A stretch of 63,037 nucleotides of DNA, the filler included, from Octopus bimaculoides (taxonomy: Eukaryota), in NCBI RefSeq assembly GCF_001194135.2. It is 4 parts of 4 records of this genome, joined end to end, with 100 filler letters (N's around TTAATTAATTAA, not from the genome) between each part and the next. Parts side by side here need not be neighbours in the genome. Positions count along the whole stretch, not along the records: positions 35,105 to 60,996 come from NC_068985.1; 3 more parts are not named here. The stretch is one strand, 5' to 3'. Within the stretch, counting starts at the first letter, position 1, and each line of letters starts with the position of its first letter. Made by a program: the position numbers and the translations under genes. The notes beneath the pieces are model-generated. The model made no database searches. It saw nothing but the letters and a program-made list of their open reading frames with translations, and had not been told where the DNA came from. Positions 35,820-49,085 of the stretch are shown here, piece by piece.

Positions 35820-36600
35820 ATAGCAGTACATAATATATTACGAATGCAGCTGAAATGATTTGAAACCAGAATACAAGGTTTATTTCTACACGAATATATA
35901 AAACTTACGTATATTCTATATGTTGGCTAAAAATTATTTTATTTCACTAGTAATTAGACGTGAAAAATAAAACTTATTAGCAAAAAGAATATATTTTCGT
36001 TATAAGCGCCAACAATTTATTCCCATTATAAATTTAGCAGAATTTATCTCGGAGTTAATAATATTTTTTATTTCATTTATAACCGAGATTTCAATGGTTG
36101 TACGTTAGTCTTTTTCTTTCTCATTTCCTGTGTGCTCACATATACATACATATGTAAATACATACCCATGTATATGGTGTTTGCACATACAAATAGATGC
36201 ATACGTTTAAATGTAAGTGTGCATATACATATGTATATATATATATATATATATATANNNNNNNNNNNNNNNNNNNNNNNNNNNNNNNNNNNNNNNNNNN
36301 NNNNNNNNNNNNNNNNNNNNNNNNNNNNNNNNNNNNNNNNNNNNNNNNNNNNNNNNNNNNNNNNNNNNNNNNNNNNNNNNNNNNNNNNNNNNNNNNNNNN
36401 NNNNNNNNNNNNNNNNNNNNNNNNNNNNNNNNNNNNNNNNNNNNNNNNNNNNNNNNNNNNNNNNNNNNNNNNNNNNNNNNNNNNNNNNNNNNNNNNNNNN
36501 NNNNNNNNNNNNNNNNNNNNNNNNNNNNNNNNNNNNNNNNNNNNNNNNNNNNNNNNNNNNNNNNNNNNNNNNNNNNNNNNNNNNNNNNNNNNNNNNNNNN

Positions 36601-36637
<37 letters not shown>

Positions 36638-37124
36638 TATATAGTGGGGGAGGGGAAGGTTAATTGAAAGAAATAAGAGAGAAACTGTAATGTCCTGCAG
36701 AATCAAAAACAAATAGAAATTCCTAATTTCATAATTTAATCAGACATACTTCATTGTAACACCAGCTATAAATTCTGAAAAATTAATTCGTTGCAAAAAT
36801 ATATACAAAGAATTTTATTTGAAAAGAGAAGAATTGGCGCCGAATCTGAATCTACGAAAAACATTATTAATGGCAAATGAATGCTTCATTCGGATTCTTC
36901 CGTGTGAATCAAGATTGTATGATTTAGAGCATTTTTTTTTCATTTTATCAAGTTAATAACACAATTTCCGACAGAGATTACCTTGCTTTGCGAATATATC
37001 CATTCCACGTGTACTACCCCTCTCTCTCCCTCTCTCTCTCTGACTAAATATATATATGTGTGTGTGTGCGCGTGTGTTTGTGTGTGTGTGCGCGTGTGTT
37101 TGTGTGTGTGTGTGTGTGTGTATA

Positions 37125-37290
37125 GGCGCAAGAATGCCTGTGTTGTAAGTAGATTGTTTAACGAGGACATGGTTCAGAGATCTGTCCCACAACGTGGCAT
37201 CCTGGGCAAGTGTCTTCTACTTTAGCCTCGGGTCGACCAAAACCTTGGGAGTGGATTTGGTAGACGGAAACTGCAAGAAGCCCGTTGTAT
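37125..37290 (+). mobile_element. SINE family B 5' half, running into microsatellite and gap
   Basis: GGCAAGTGTCTTCTAC..GGGTCGACCAAAACCTTG..GGATTTGGTAGACGGAAAC. Confidence 0.85.
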
Positions 37291-37291
37291 T

Positions 37292-37358
<67 letters not shown>

Positions 37359-38166
37359 NNNNNNNNNNNNNNNNNNNNNNNNNNNNNNNNNNNNNNNNNN
37401 NNNNNNNNNNNNNNNNNNNNNNNNNNNNNNNNNNNNNNNNNNNNNNNNNNNNNNNNNNNNNNNNNNNNNNNNNNNNNNNNNNNNNNNNNNNNNNNNNNNN
37501 NNNNNNNNNNNNNNNNNNNNNNNNNNNNNNNNNNNNNNNNNNNNNNNNNNNNNNNNNNNNNNNNNNNNNNNNNNNNNNNNNNNNNNNNNNNNNNNNNNNN
37601 NNNNNNNNNNNNNNNNNNNNNNNNNNNNNNNNNNNNNNNNNNNNNNNNNNNNNNNNNNNNNNNNNNNNNNNNNNNNNNNNNNNNNNNNNNNNNNNNNNNN
37701 NNNNNNNNNNNNNNNNNNNNNNNNNNNNNNNNNNNNNNNNNNNNNNNNNNNNNNNNNNNNNNNNNNNNNNNNNNNNNNNNNNNNNNNNNNNNNNNNNNNN
37801 NNNNNNNNNNNNNNNNNNNNNNNNNNNNNNNNNNNNNNNNNNNNNNNNNNNNNNNNNNNNNNNNNNNNNNNNNNNNNNNNNNNNNNNNNNNNNNNNNNNN
37901 NNNNNNNNNNNNNNNNNNNNNNNNNNNNNNNNNNNNNNNNNNNNNNNNNNNNNNNNNNNNNNNNNNNNNNNNNNNNNNNNNNNNNNNNNNNNNNNNNNNN
38001 NNNNNNNNNNNNNNNNNNNNNNNNNNNNNNNNNNNNNNNNNNNNNNNNNNNNNNNNNNNNNNNNNNNNNNNNNNNNNNNNNNNNNNNNNNNNNNNNNNNN
38101 NNNNNNNNNNNNNNNNNNNNNNNNNNNNNNNNNNNNNNNNNNNNNNNNNNNNNNNNNNNNNNNNNN

Positions 38167-38213
<47 letters not shown>

Positions 38214-38515
38214 GCATGTATGTATATATATATGTGTGTATGTGTGTGTATGTGTGTGTGTGTGTGCCAGTGTTTGTAAACATGTGTTTGTTCAGTTTTC
38301 CATGACCAGCAATTAAGCCAACTATCTCCTACTATAGTAACAGCCTGGAAACCAATTTGCTCTCAGTGAGCTCCAGAGACCCGAATACCATGGAGGCTCC
38401 TGGTTTCTCTGCCTGCTACTTTGTGTGTGTATATGTGTAAAAGAAAGATGGTTAGCGTTAATTAGCGGTCCTTCGTAATTGAACGATAGGATACGGATGA
38501 GATTTCAAATATATT

Positions 38516-38755
38516 CAGCAATCCCTCACCATATCGCGCTTCTCCTAACGCGGTTCACCTATCGCAGTTTATTATTTAAGCTTACGTCGTTTCCCCCGTC
38601 GTGTTGTTTAGCATTTATACGAAAATTAATATACACAATTTTTTTTTAATAATTTTAAAAAATATATAGTATAGTACTGTTTCTACTTCGCGGAGTTTCA
38701 CCTATCGCTGTGATGGGGGTGCAGCGTAACTCCCGCGAATATCGAGGGATTACTG
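38516..38755. mobile_element. Tigger/pogo-type MITE, uninterrupted 240-bp copy
   Basis: CAGCAATCCCTC / GAGGGATTACTG-TA; inverted homologue of 11270-11780. Confidence 0.85.
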
Positions 38756-39033
38756 TAAAACGCTTTGAGTCCATTTGTTTCGCTAAAACCTTCAAGCGGT
38801 ATTTATTTTACCATGGATCGGTTTTAATGCTGGTGTTGATCCAGAATTTGGTGTAGAATTGTTTTATTTGTTTAGATAAAGACTAAATCGTCCCTACCAA
38901 TGTTTCCAAAGTCAATTTTTACGTCTCCTGTAAGAAGGAATGTTGAGCTCTAAGTTGTTATTTAGTCTACTGGCAGGGTTTTTCAACTGAACAACATTGC
39001 TTCCACCATTTTGTAGTAATATTCCGATTTAGC

Positions 39034-39238
39034 GTCAATGCGGCTAGCTGGCGCAAACGTTAGCACGCTGGGCGAAGGGCTTAGCGGTATTTCATCTGCC
39101 TTTATGTTCTGAGTTCAAATTCCTCCGATGTCGACTTTCATCCTTTCGAGGTCGATAAGTAAAGTACCAGTTGCGTACTGGCCTCGATCTAATAAACTGG
39201 CCCTCTTCCCCCAAAGTTCGGGGCCTAAAGTAGAAAAG
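39034..39238 (+). mobile_element. SINE family A with 16-bp TSD
   Basis: AATATTCCGATTTAGC at 39018-39033 and 39239-39254. Confidence 0.9.
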
Positions 39239-39653
39239 AATATTCCGATTTAGCTTCTTTTTTAATTACCGACCGTTATAGCCTCAACCACTAATTGCCT
39301 TCACATACTTTACATTACCTATAATCATAGCCAAACCAACCTAATGCTGCTAAGCCCATTAATTAGCCTGAGTTTTTATATTCACAAATAAAATGAGCTT
39401 CCATTCTGCGTAAATGGATTATCTATACGATATACTTTGATTAAATCCGAATTCATGCAAAGCATTTCTGCTTAACTTAATGCTATATGTAGCTGAATTG
39501 TAATTACATCATTAATTAACTAACATTTGGATTTTCTTTAAGACATAAATCTGGGTGCTTGCTAATTATCCGGACGTTTACCGATTTCTTTTACATCACA
39601 TCATGCCGAATTATTGAACAGTTTTCTTCTTATTCACACTCTGGCTGTGTAGA

Positions 39654-40053
39654 GGCTCAGGCGTGGCCGTGTGGTAACGAAGCTTGCTTCCAAACCACAA
39701 GATTCCAGTTTCAGTTCCACTGCGTAGCAATTTGTGCATCTTCTGCCGTAGCTTCGGGCCGACCAATGGCTTGTGAGTAGATTTGGTAGACAGAAACTGA
39801 AAGAAGCCCTTCATGCGTGTGTGTATGTTTGTGTGTGTTTCATTGTGACTGCGTTTGACCACCACTACAGCTTGACAGCCAATGGCAGTGAGTTTAAGTC
39901 TCCGTAACTTAGCAATTCGACAAAAGACACCGATAGCATGAGTATCAGGCTTTATTAAATATAAATCTTGGAGGTAGGTATATTCGACTAAAAAAAATCA
40001 TCAAGGCGGTGCTCCAACATGGGCGCAGTCTAATGCCTGAAACAAGCTAAAAG
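39654..40053 (+). mobile_element. SINE family B, full length, diverged
   Basis: Head, core and 3' AAGGCGGTGCTCCAACATGG..GAAACAAG align to the 13845 copy. Confidence 0.85.
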
Positions 40054-40280
40054 CTCATTGGCCACTCTATCGCCATCTAATAATAGTTGGTGCTTCATTA
40101 GTGCCTTCATTATCACGGGAATTTACATACTCGTATTTCTTCACATTTTAACTCTACACGTATATATATATAATTTGTTGATTCAGTAAAAATCGATTTG
40201 GCCAAAAGAATGGAATATAAATGTATATGTCCATCCATGCATTGAGATACAGATACGTCATGTATATATATATATATACG

Positions 40281-40318
<38 letters not shown>

Positions 40319-40503
40319 ATNNNNNNNNNNNNNNNNNNNNNNNNNNNNNNNNNNNNNNNNNNNNNNNNNNNNNNNNNNNNNNNNNNNNNNNNNNNNNNNN
40401 NNNNNNNNNNNNNNNNNNNNNNNNNNNNNNNNNNNNNNNNNNNNNNNNNNNNNNNNNNNNNNNNNNNNNNNNNNNNNNNNNNNNNNNNNNNNNNNNNNNN
40501 NNN

Positions 40504-40558
<55 letters not shown>

Positions 40559-41009
40559 CATTTAAATATACTCTGAATTTAGAAAATAGGCTGTTACGTT
40601 TAAGTTAAATTCCTTTACATTATCTGAAGCCATATCATTTGCTAGGCTGTTCAATACTGTTGCACCAATTATCGTCTCACTGGTTCTGGGTAGAGTTAGT
40701 ACCTACCCTCAGGCGACTTAATGCAACAAATATATTATGCTTAATATTGTGTAACGAACTTCTCAAGCTGTTGTATATATTGGATGGATTCTTTACAGTA
40801 TATAAAAATCCCAAATATTGTAACAGAGCATCCTTCTTTCTCGCATCAGTACTTGTATATATATTTATGTAAGTGGATTTATATACCTAGTAAAATGAGG
40901 TGTGTGTGTATACATACGCACACGCACACACATGCACACACACACACACAGACACACAGACAAATACACAACACACATGCATATATATAATATATATATA
41001 ATAGATAGG

Positions 41010-41235
<226 letters not shown>

Positions 41236-41809
41236 TAGATAGATCGTTACACACGCCTTCACACTCTCTGACTGAGATACATATATACATACGTATGGAT
41301 TCACAGAATTATGTAGCTACCAGAGAACGCTCCTCTAGCAGACAGACTCGGCTCTCAAACCACATAATAATCAAATAAGGAAGAGGATGATACTCAGTTT
41401 CATTCAGCCCAAATCAAGGAGATCCGATCGCTGAGTTTATTTCATGATGGGCATATGTAGTTTTCCATTTGTACTAAATATGTACTTATATGATGCAAAC
41501 CTTGGCAGGCGCCAAGCAGCCGTTCTAACTCTTAACATCTATTCCATTTGTTGCCATAGGGAATAAGTACAAATACTAATTTACTGGAATTGTTCATTTA
41601 AATTAATACAACACACACAGTCATGTTAAAGTTCCTGCGAAACATTTATGGGTTCTAATTGTTAATATATATATATATATATATATATATTTCGACGTAC
41701 TACCCCTTTGGATATGATATGGAAGCTTTGCATTTGTTCTTAATATATATTGAATTATATTCTAAACATGACATGAAATTTAACGACTAGTCCCATACTA
41801 CGTGTGTAG

Positions 41810-41990
41810 CTTCTTGGATAGGGTAGCAAAGTTGTGGTTTCGATTTCCAGTCGACAATGCTGGATTTGCTGTATTTCAAATAGTCAGCCTTATCACACTC
41901 CGTGTCACGCTAAGTCTCCTTTAGAATTATTTTAAGTATACGCTTGTTTGTGGAGGGCTCAGTGATGTCTGCCCACACGGCATGAAAATA
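41810..41990 (+). mobile_element. Degenerate SINE family C variant 2
   Basis: GTCAGCCTTATCACAC..GTGTCACGCT..TGTGGAGGGCTCAG is shared with the 29278 copy. Confidence 0.6.
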
Positions 41991-43084
41991 TGGCTGCAAG
42001 ATATAGGTTAAAATATTTTTAAAATCCATTAAATACAATGATTTATATCAATTCAGTAATTTACTTAAAGAATATAGTTTTCTTCATAAGAAGGTTGTAT
42101 ATTATTATTTCGAGAGATTTTCAAATATTGAGAAGTGGAAATATTGAGATTATCTAGAAAAATTATTGAATATTAGCACACTCACATTTCTCTTCACGCA
42201 TGTTCTCCGAGAAGAAGACAAAAATATAACCATATATTATATAGATTTATTGAAAAATACTTTCAGCCATTTCATGAGATAAGCAATTGCACATAAGTAG
42301 CAATAAATAAATGTAAACCTCGACTGTGAAATATGAAAAAGAAATATATCTCTGGTTCTAGCCTTTTCTCTTTCTCCTTTTTTCCTCCGTTCTTTCTTTT
42401 TCTGTCTTCCTCTCTCTCTCACTCTTACTGCTATTTCTAGCCTTTCTTCTTCCTCCTTTCTGTCGCCCTATCCATTGTCGCCTCTCTGTCACTCCCTCTC
42501 CTTCTCTCTTGCCATCTTTCATCTCTACCTCCTTATGATATGTGACCCGTGGCCAGCTTTTCTTTCTTTCTCTCCCTTTTTTTACACCGGTTGCGGTGTA
42601 AAAAGAGGCCTAGAGAAACATCCATGTACCTCTATGTCATCTACTAATTACTTCAGTCTACTGAAGTGATATAAGTAGAGTGTGGTATGTCACCTCTGGA
42701 CTGAAACAGCTGTAAGATATTATCCCAATTTCTATTACTATATGTTATATTTTTATAATTACTGATATAAGACATAATATGCCATATGTGTTTGCATATT
42801 GTTATAATTGTCCTTTTAGTAAATAAACAAGTAAATTGACATAATATAATGTCTGTACGTTGATGAATACCACCTATTAATCCCCTCCATTTTTTATTGC
42901 TATATAAATTAATGGTAAAATAAATTTTTACCCTCAACCATTTATTGCAGTTTGTAATTGTAATTGTTACGCAATGACTAGTGTAATATTATTACTAGTG
43001 TAATAATAATTGGGTATTCTTCCAGCAGTATATTGGATAGATATTATCCCTTAGTGTGTTGGATTCACAACACCTAAGTTTCTT

Positions 43085-43135
<51 letters not shown>

Positions 43136-43303
43136 NNNNNNNNNNNNNNNNNNNNNNNNNNNNNNNNNNNNNNNNNNNNNNNNNNNNNNNNNNNNNNNNN
43201 NNNNNNNNNNNNNNNNNNNNNNNNNNNNNNNNNNNNNNNNNNNNNNNNNNNNNNNNNNNNNNNNNNNNNNNNNNNNNNNNNNNNNNNNNNNNNNNNNNNN
43301 NNA

Positions 43304-43363
<60 letters not shown>

Positions 43364-45689
43364 ATTCTCATAGTGAATAATTAGCTTTTTGAATCTGTGT
43401 AGTATTAATGTATTCCAGAGGATTTGTCTCTGGTGGTCAATGACAAAATAAAAAGCCTTAAGTGCTGTTTGTACGCCTCACGCTGCCAGGGAGTCCAAGA
43501 TCACAGCATGTCGTAACAGGAAAGCCAATCTGTCAAAGTATTACTCCTTTACAGGTGAGTGGAATACAGCAACTGGAAATACAGTGATTTGCTTGTGAAC
43601 GGAAAGGATTAGGAGCCTGAAGCATGATATTGCTTTGTCAGTGCAAAACCCAAAACACTAGCCTACAAATATTCACTCACTCTAAGGTTAAGAACAAAGC
43701 AAATTATTTGTTAAATCCGTCAAATGACATTGAATGCTGGAACATTTAATTATGGTTTTGTATCATATAAATGTATAGATTTATACATCGCTATCTATAG
43801 ATTAATGGATTTGGAGTTACAGAATGACATACTTCAAAAGGGTGAATTTGATAAATTTCTAAGAACAAAATAACGTGAATAATACATGTTTACTGATAGG
43901 ACATTTAGGCTGGGAAAATTATGGGGTTTCATTCGATTTTCCGGTACGCCATTTTGAATAGAAATATCCTGTATTTGACTACGGTTGCTTATATTCTAAA
44001 CAATTACGGCGTCTAAAAGAATTAAGAAGTAACTGAAGCAGACGGCAAACTAAATATAACAGATTTATATATATAGACAATTTCTGCCTGTCTATGCTCC
44101 TGACTTTTCCGTTATGAACAAATGAAATTACCTTTGGAGGTAAACTAGATACTTATGAGCAAACTTGTAAGTGTGTAGTTGAGTTATTGTGAAGATCTGA
44201 GATTTCAAGAGGGAAGTGCATATTCTGGTAAGCTATACAACCGATAGGTGTGTTCAATTATATATTAATATAAAATTAGATCTGCTAGCATTGTTAGTGG
44301 ACATCCGCTCCTTCAAGAGACCGTATCTCGTAGCGTCAAGTGCAGGTAAGTCCTTGCTTGTGTTTTATATTTCATTCGTAAAAATAATCACCGATAATTT
44401 GAAAACAGTGCTGCCAGCAAATGAAATAGTCTCAATTATTGAGGAAATTCACCTTTTTTATACACGTGAATTGCATTAACTTAAAACAGTTATGTAATAG
44501 AGACACATACAGATTTTACATATACACACAAACATACATACACATACGTATATACACACACATGCATATGTATACATTCATAAATATATATACAAATATA
44601 TATNNNNNNNNNNNNNNNNNNNNNNNNNNNNNNNNNNNNNNNNNNNNNNNNNNNNNNNNNNNNNNNNNNNNNNNNNNNNNNNNNNNNNNNNNNNNNNNNN
44701 NNNNNNNNNNNNNNNNNNNNNNNNNNNNNNNNNNNNNNNNNNNNNNNNCACACACTCGCACACATTTTCGTATATATTTTATGTATCGTATATCTTTTGA
44801 TAAACTTGTCCCAGTAAAGGAAATTAAAATATATCGCATCATACTAAGAAAAACATGAAAATTTCTTTTTTTTTAGGATGGCGTGGTTTAGAGGTTCACT
44901 TCGCAACTACACAACTTTAAGTTTGTTCAGCCTGCATGCTAAGCAGGAGAAACGAATTCTACGGCAGCGTTTGCAGAACCAACTGCTTTCAAATGAAATT
45001 TGTTGAAAAATATATTCTTGCAGCCTTTTCTAGGAACCCTCTCCATTTTCAAGTGGGAGAATTAATCCATTACCCGATTTCAACACCACCACTACCTAAT
45101 TTTTGGTATATGTAGTATATAAAACGCTGTTGTAAGACATGGGTTGAAGAGACATACAGAGTCTATCTCTCATCATTTCCCATTATTAGTCAGTAGAACA
45201 TTCAGAATGGGGCAGCTAGAAGATGTTTTGACTGCATAATATATCACCTTAAGTCTATTTGAGAAATTTACAAATAACATTTATCATATTCTATGAATTA
45301 AAACTTCAGAATCGATTTCCAGGTAATAATAATATCTGGAAATTGTTTCACTAGATTTCTATGAGAAAATATGGCCCGAACAAGATAATGGTATGCAAAG
45401 TGTTATAGTAACACTTTGCATACCATTGTATTCACCAGTGACTCCCAGTAGTGATGATATTCTTTGTTGTGGGTCCTCGCATTAATGTGGTTCAAGCTGC
45501 ATTATTTAGAATTTAAGATGTATAGAACACAGATATCTAAAGGGTTCAAACCACAGTTGTCTCCTTAATTGCAAAGCAGTCATGGAATAATTTTGGGGAG
45601 GAAAATAATCCTCATATGATATAAACTAAAATATAATGTGTAGAAAAAGTAAATAGAAGAAAAAATTTAATCTATAAATGAAAGTTTAA

Positions 45690-46334
45690 CAAAAATTTTA
45701 AAACGTAAACATTGATCAATCTTCGCCAAGCTTAGGGTGACGAGGCAATGGATTGTTCGCAATGTTTCGAGTGGCACGGGTGCTTCAAGAGCGGAAGAAA
45801 GTCCCTGTTTGTACGATGAGCGATCTGGAAGACGTGCTATGAGCGTCACCTCCGGAAATGTGGAGATATTTATCAGTTTGGGCATTAGGATCGTCGAAAA
45901 ACAATCAAAGTTATTGCTGGTGTTTGAGGTAGGATATTCGGTGAAAGCAACCGGATATGTGGAGAGCAAAGAATTGGATGCCCCACGACCACAATGCACC
46001 CTGTCACCAAGCTCTTCTTACTCCTGAGTTTCTCGCCAAATACAACATAATATCACTTCTGCCCCCACCTAATTCGTCAGATTTTCCACCTGTGGATTTT
46101 CATTTTTTCCCGAAGATGAAAATGCCGCTCAAAGGTCGCCGTTTGAACACCGTTGTTAAGATCCAGAGCGAATCTCAGAAGGCCCTTACCTCCTTTGATG
46201 ATGAAACCAACTTGGAAGTTGCTGGGACAGTTGTATTGCTGCGCAAGGTGACTATCTCGAAGGTAAACGTAGGTAAGTAAATTATTTTTCTATTAAACAT
46301 GACTAGTCCTGAAAATTTCTGACACCACCTCATA
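45690..46334 (+). mobile_element. Mariner transposase remnant, internally deleted, with 3' end
   Basis: GDEAM..QCFEWHGCFKSGRKSL..DERSGR; HDHNAPCH..PPPNSSDFPPVDFHFFPKMK..LKGRR; WDSCIAAQGDY; ends GACACCACCTCA-TA. Confidence 0.9.
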
Positions 46335-48038
46335 TTGTTAAAATGAAAACATAATTTATGCCAATATAAGTGCGGTAGTACGCAAATTCGATTGGGTAGC
46401 GAAGTGTTAAATCCTTTACGGCAAATATGACCCAAACCATATCAATCATTCGAAAAAATAACTGCGATCTCTTACTTTGATACAAAGCTTTATATTTAAT
46501 TACTCCCAGTACTTGACTGGAACAACAAATGGCTGAATGAAAAGAATAGTATGTTTTGAACTGAGAATGTAATTGACCGTAAATAAATACTACAGGGAAG
46601 TTTGTTCGATGTAATAGCTATTCCACTAATCCATCATTATATTCTGAGAGATTTTATTAAATAAAATTGAAAGAGAATGTATTTTACTGATATTTATTGG
46701 TCCCCGTATAGTAATACAACTTGTTAATTGCTATTTCGATGCTTTGTTGAGAAATGCCAGATACATTTAACTATTACTTGTGATAGAGATCAACATGTTA
46801 TGACATTAGAAATACAATATGAAATTATTAAATACCTGTCGACTTTTAATGAAGTTACAGGTTGAGAGTGTAGTGTGTCAAGTAGCTCGTTGATATGATG
46901 TTATGTAAAATGATACTCTGGTGAGTAGTAAAGCGAAACTATAACAGTGCAAACATATACCATAATATTTAGTGGCAGATAGGTTGTATGAAAATTAAAA
47001 TAAGTGAAACAAATTATGTTAGGAGAAATTTACGCAAGATATAAATATAGACAAGCTTCATACGAAATACCGATTTTCAAGTTCTAAGTGGAAAATTATA
47101 GCATCAGATCATGAATACCTTCATATCTCTCCGTGTGTATCAGTGCTGTGCCTGTGAGATCCAATCCTAAACACAATATGGCACACCAGGGTTTGATAGT
47201 AACCCCATTCGCACCTGCGCAAGTATGGTTGGCACGACACCTGAATAGCGGGGTTTTCACCACGCCATTCAAATCAACGCACTAGATTCACTAAAACTAG
47301 AAGAGAGGCGGTGACTGCTTCTACGCGTTTGACATTCAAAGCCAGTAACTGCACTTGTAAGGGCTGTGACATTCCATATACTAGGTGGCAACAGTTGTTC
47401 CCTTCTCGGCCGTTTTTGGGATTTACGGAAGATGTTTCTCTATGTTCCCACCTCATAGCACCCGAATATGTTACAGACTTATTGTTGTTTACAGTTTAAC
47501 ATAAAAAACTGTTTTCTCATAATCCACACCCTAACACCTTACTTTAGTATATCACTGTTACCTTTCCTATACACCATCATTAAATCTTACAAACAAACTG
47601 AAAATTTCTTCCCAAACATATATGCTCCTTTGAACACAGTTCTTGACACTCGATACGATATTTAAATGCAATACCGTTGTTTGAATTAATTTCGAAAATA
47701 AGGAATAAAATCACGATTAAGCAGACGTTTGGAACATTAATAAAATGAAATTTTGACGGAAGGAAACAATGAGGCCCATTTCAAGTAAGAACTTTAAATC
47801 CTTAAATTAAGAACGGTCTTAGACGAGTCGGTATCAAAGAGACTACACATTTCCCCATTCATTCACTAATTAAGTAGCATTATATTTTAATTCAAGATAG
47901 AAATATATTTCACAATTTGACAAAGCGAAAAAATTTCGAAGCGAATTGTGGACACACGTTTTAAAAAACTACTTCTGCTACTTCTTTTTTTTTTTTGGTA
48001 TTTTGTTTGTAAGATTATTTCTGTGAGTTTGTGAGTTG

Positions 48039-48290
48039 AAGCATATTCTGTTGTGTCTAGGGAGAGTCATTCTCTTTTAGTGCCTTACAATTTAACACAC
48101 TCACCGGTAAAATGTCCATTCATATACTTATTTATTTTTCTAAAAGTCAACAACAGTTGAAAGGTTACAAAACGCAACGAAAATTTTCGAAAAATAAATA
48201 AGTAAATGAGTGGAAACTCTAACGGTGAGTGTGTTTAATTATTAGGCACTCAAAGAGAATGACTCTCCCCAGATACAACAGAATATACTT
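48039..48290. mobile_element. Foldback/MITE, same family as 14584-14812
   Basis: GCATATTCTGTTGTGTCT..GAGTCATTCTC inverted as GAGAATGACTC..AGATACAACAGAATATAC; shared spacer AAAACGCAACGA. Confidence 0.85.
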
Positions 48291-48619
48291 TTGCTACGCT
48301 TAAAAATTATACATCAATTATAAATATCTTCTGTTATTTTTTGTTATGCAACTGTTTTGATATTTCGTTTGTAATTTGCTATTGTTGATTATTAGCTATT
48401 CTTGTCACCATTTTTACTGCTGTCAACTTATATATTTGTTCTATCTAATTACATTTCGCATAATGTGTCATGAATTGCGTTTGCTTTAATTTAAGAAAAA
48501 AAACAAATGTGTGACATCCGGCAGGAAATTGACGTAAATGTGTGTGGGTTGTTAGAGTTTGTGTCATCAAATTATATAACCTTCCATCTTTAAGGTGATT
48601 ACATATTTTACTTCTCAGA

Positions 48620-48915
48620 CGGTATTTCGTCTGTCTTCGTGTCTGAGTTCAAATTCCTCCGTGGTCGACTTTGCCTTTCATCTTTTCGGGGTCGATAAAT
48701 TAAGTACCAGTTGCGTACTGGGGTCGATCTAATCGACTGTGTCTCTCCCAAAAAATTTAGTGCCTTGTGCCTAGAGAAGAAAAGTACATATTTTACTTGT
48801 TTCCCATTGGACTGCGACTAAGCTGGAGCAATACATTGAACAGTTTAGCTGCGTACTGGAGTCGATCTAACCGACTTCCCAAAAACTTCAGGCCTTGTGC
48901 CTAGAGTAGAAAAGA
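48620..48915 (+). mobile_element. SINE A copy plus family B 3' fragment (minus) plus second SINE A 3' fragment
   Basis: Family A core at 48660-48783; TTTTACTTGTTTC..GACTGCG..GCTGGAGCA at about 48790-48835; family A 3' end repeated at 48850-48915. Confidence 0.75.
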
Positions 48916-49011
48916 ATGTATATATGTATCTATTCATGAAATTATGCATTTAAGTATGTACGTGCATATTTATGAAATATGGCCTCTGTATTATTCCATA
49001 AACCGACTGAC

Positions 49012-49013
49012 AT

Positions 49014-49075
<62 letters not shown>

Positions 49076-49085
49076 TCACTACCAC
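49012..49085. repeat. (ACT)n microsatellite followed by C-rich low complexity
   Basis: Direct reading. Confidence 0.95.
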
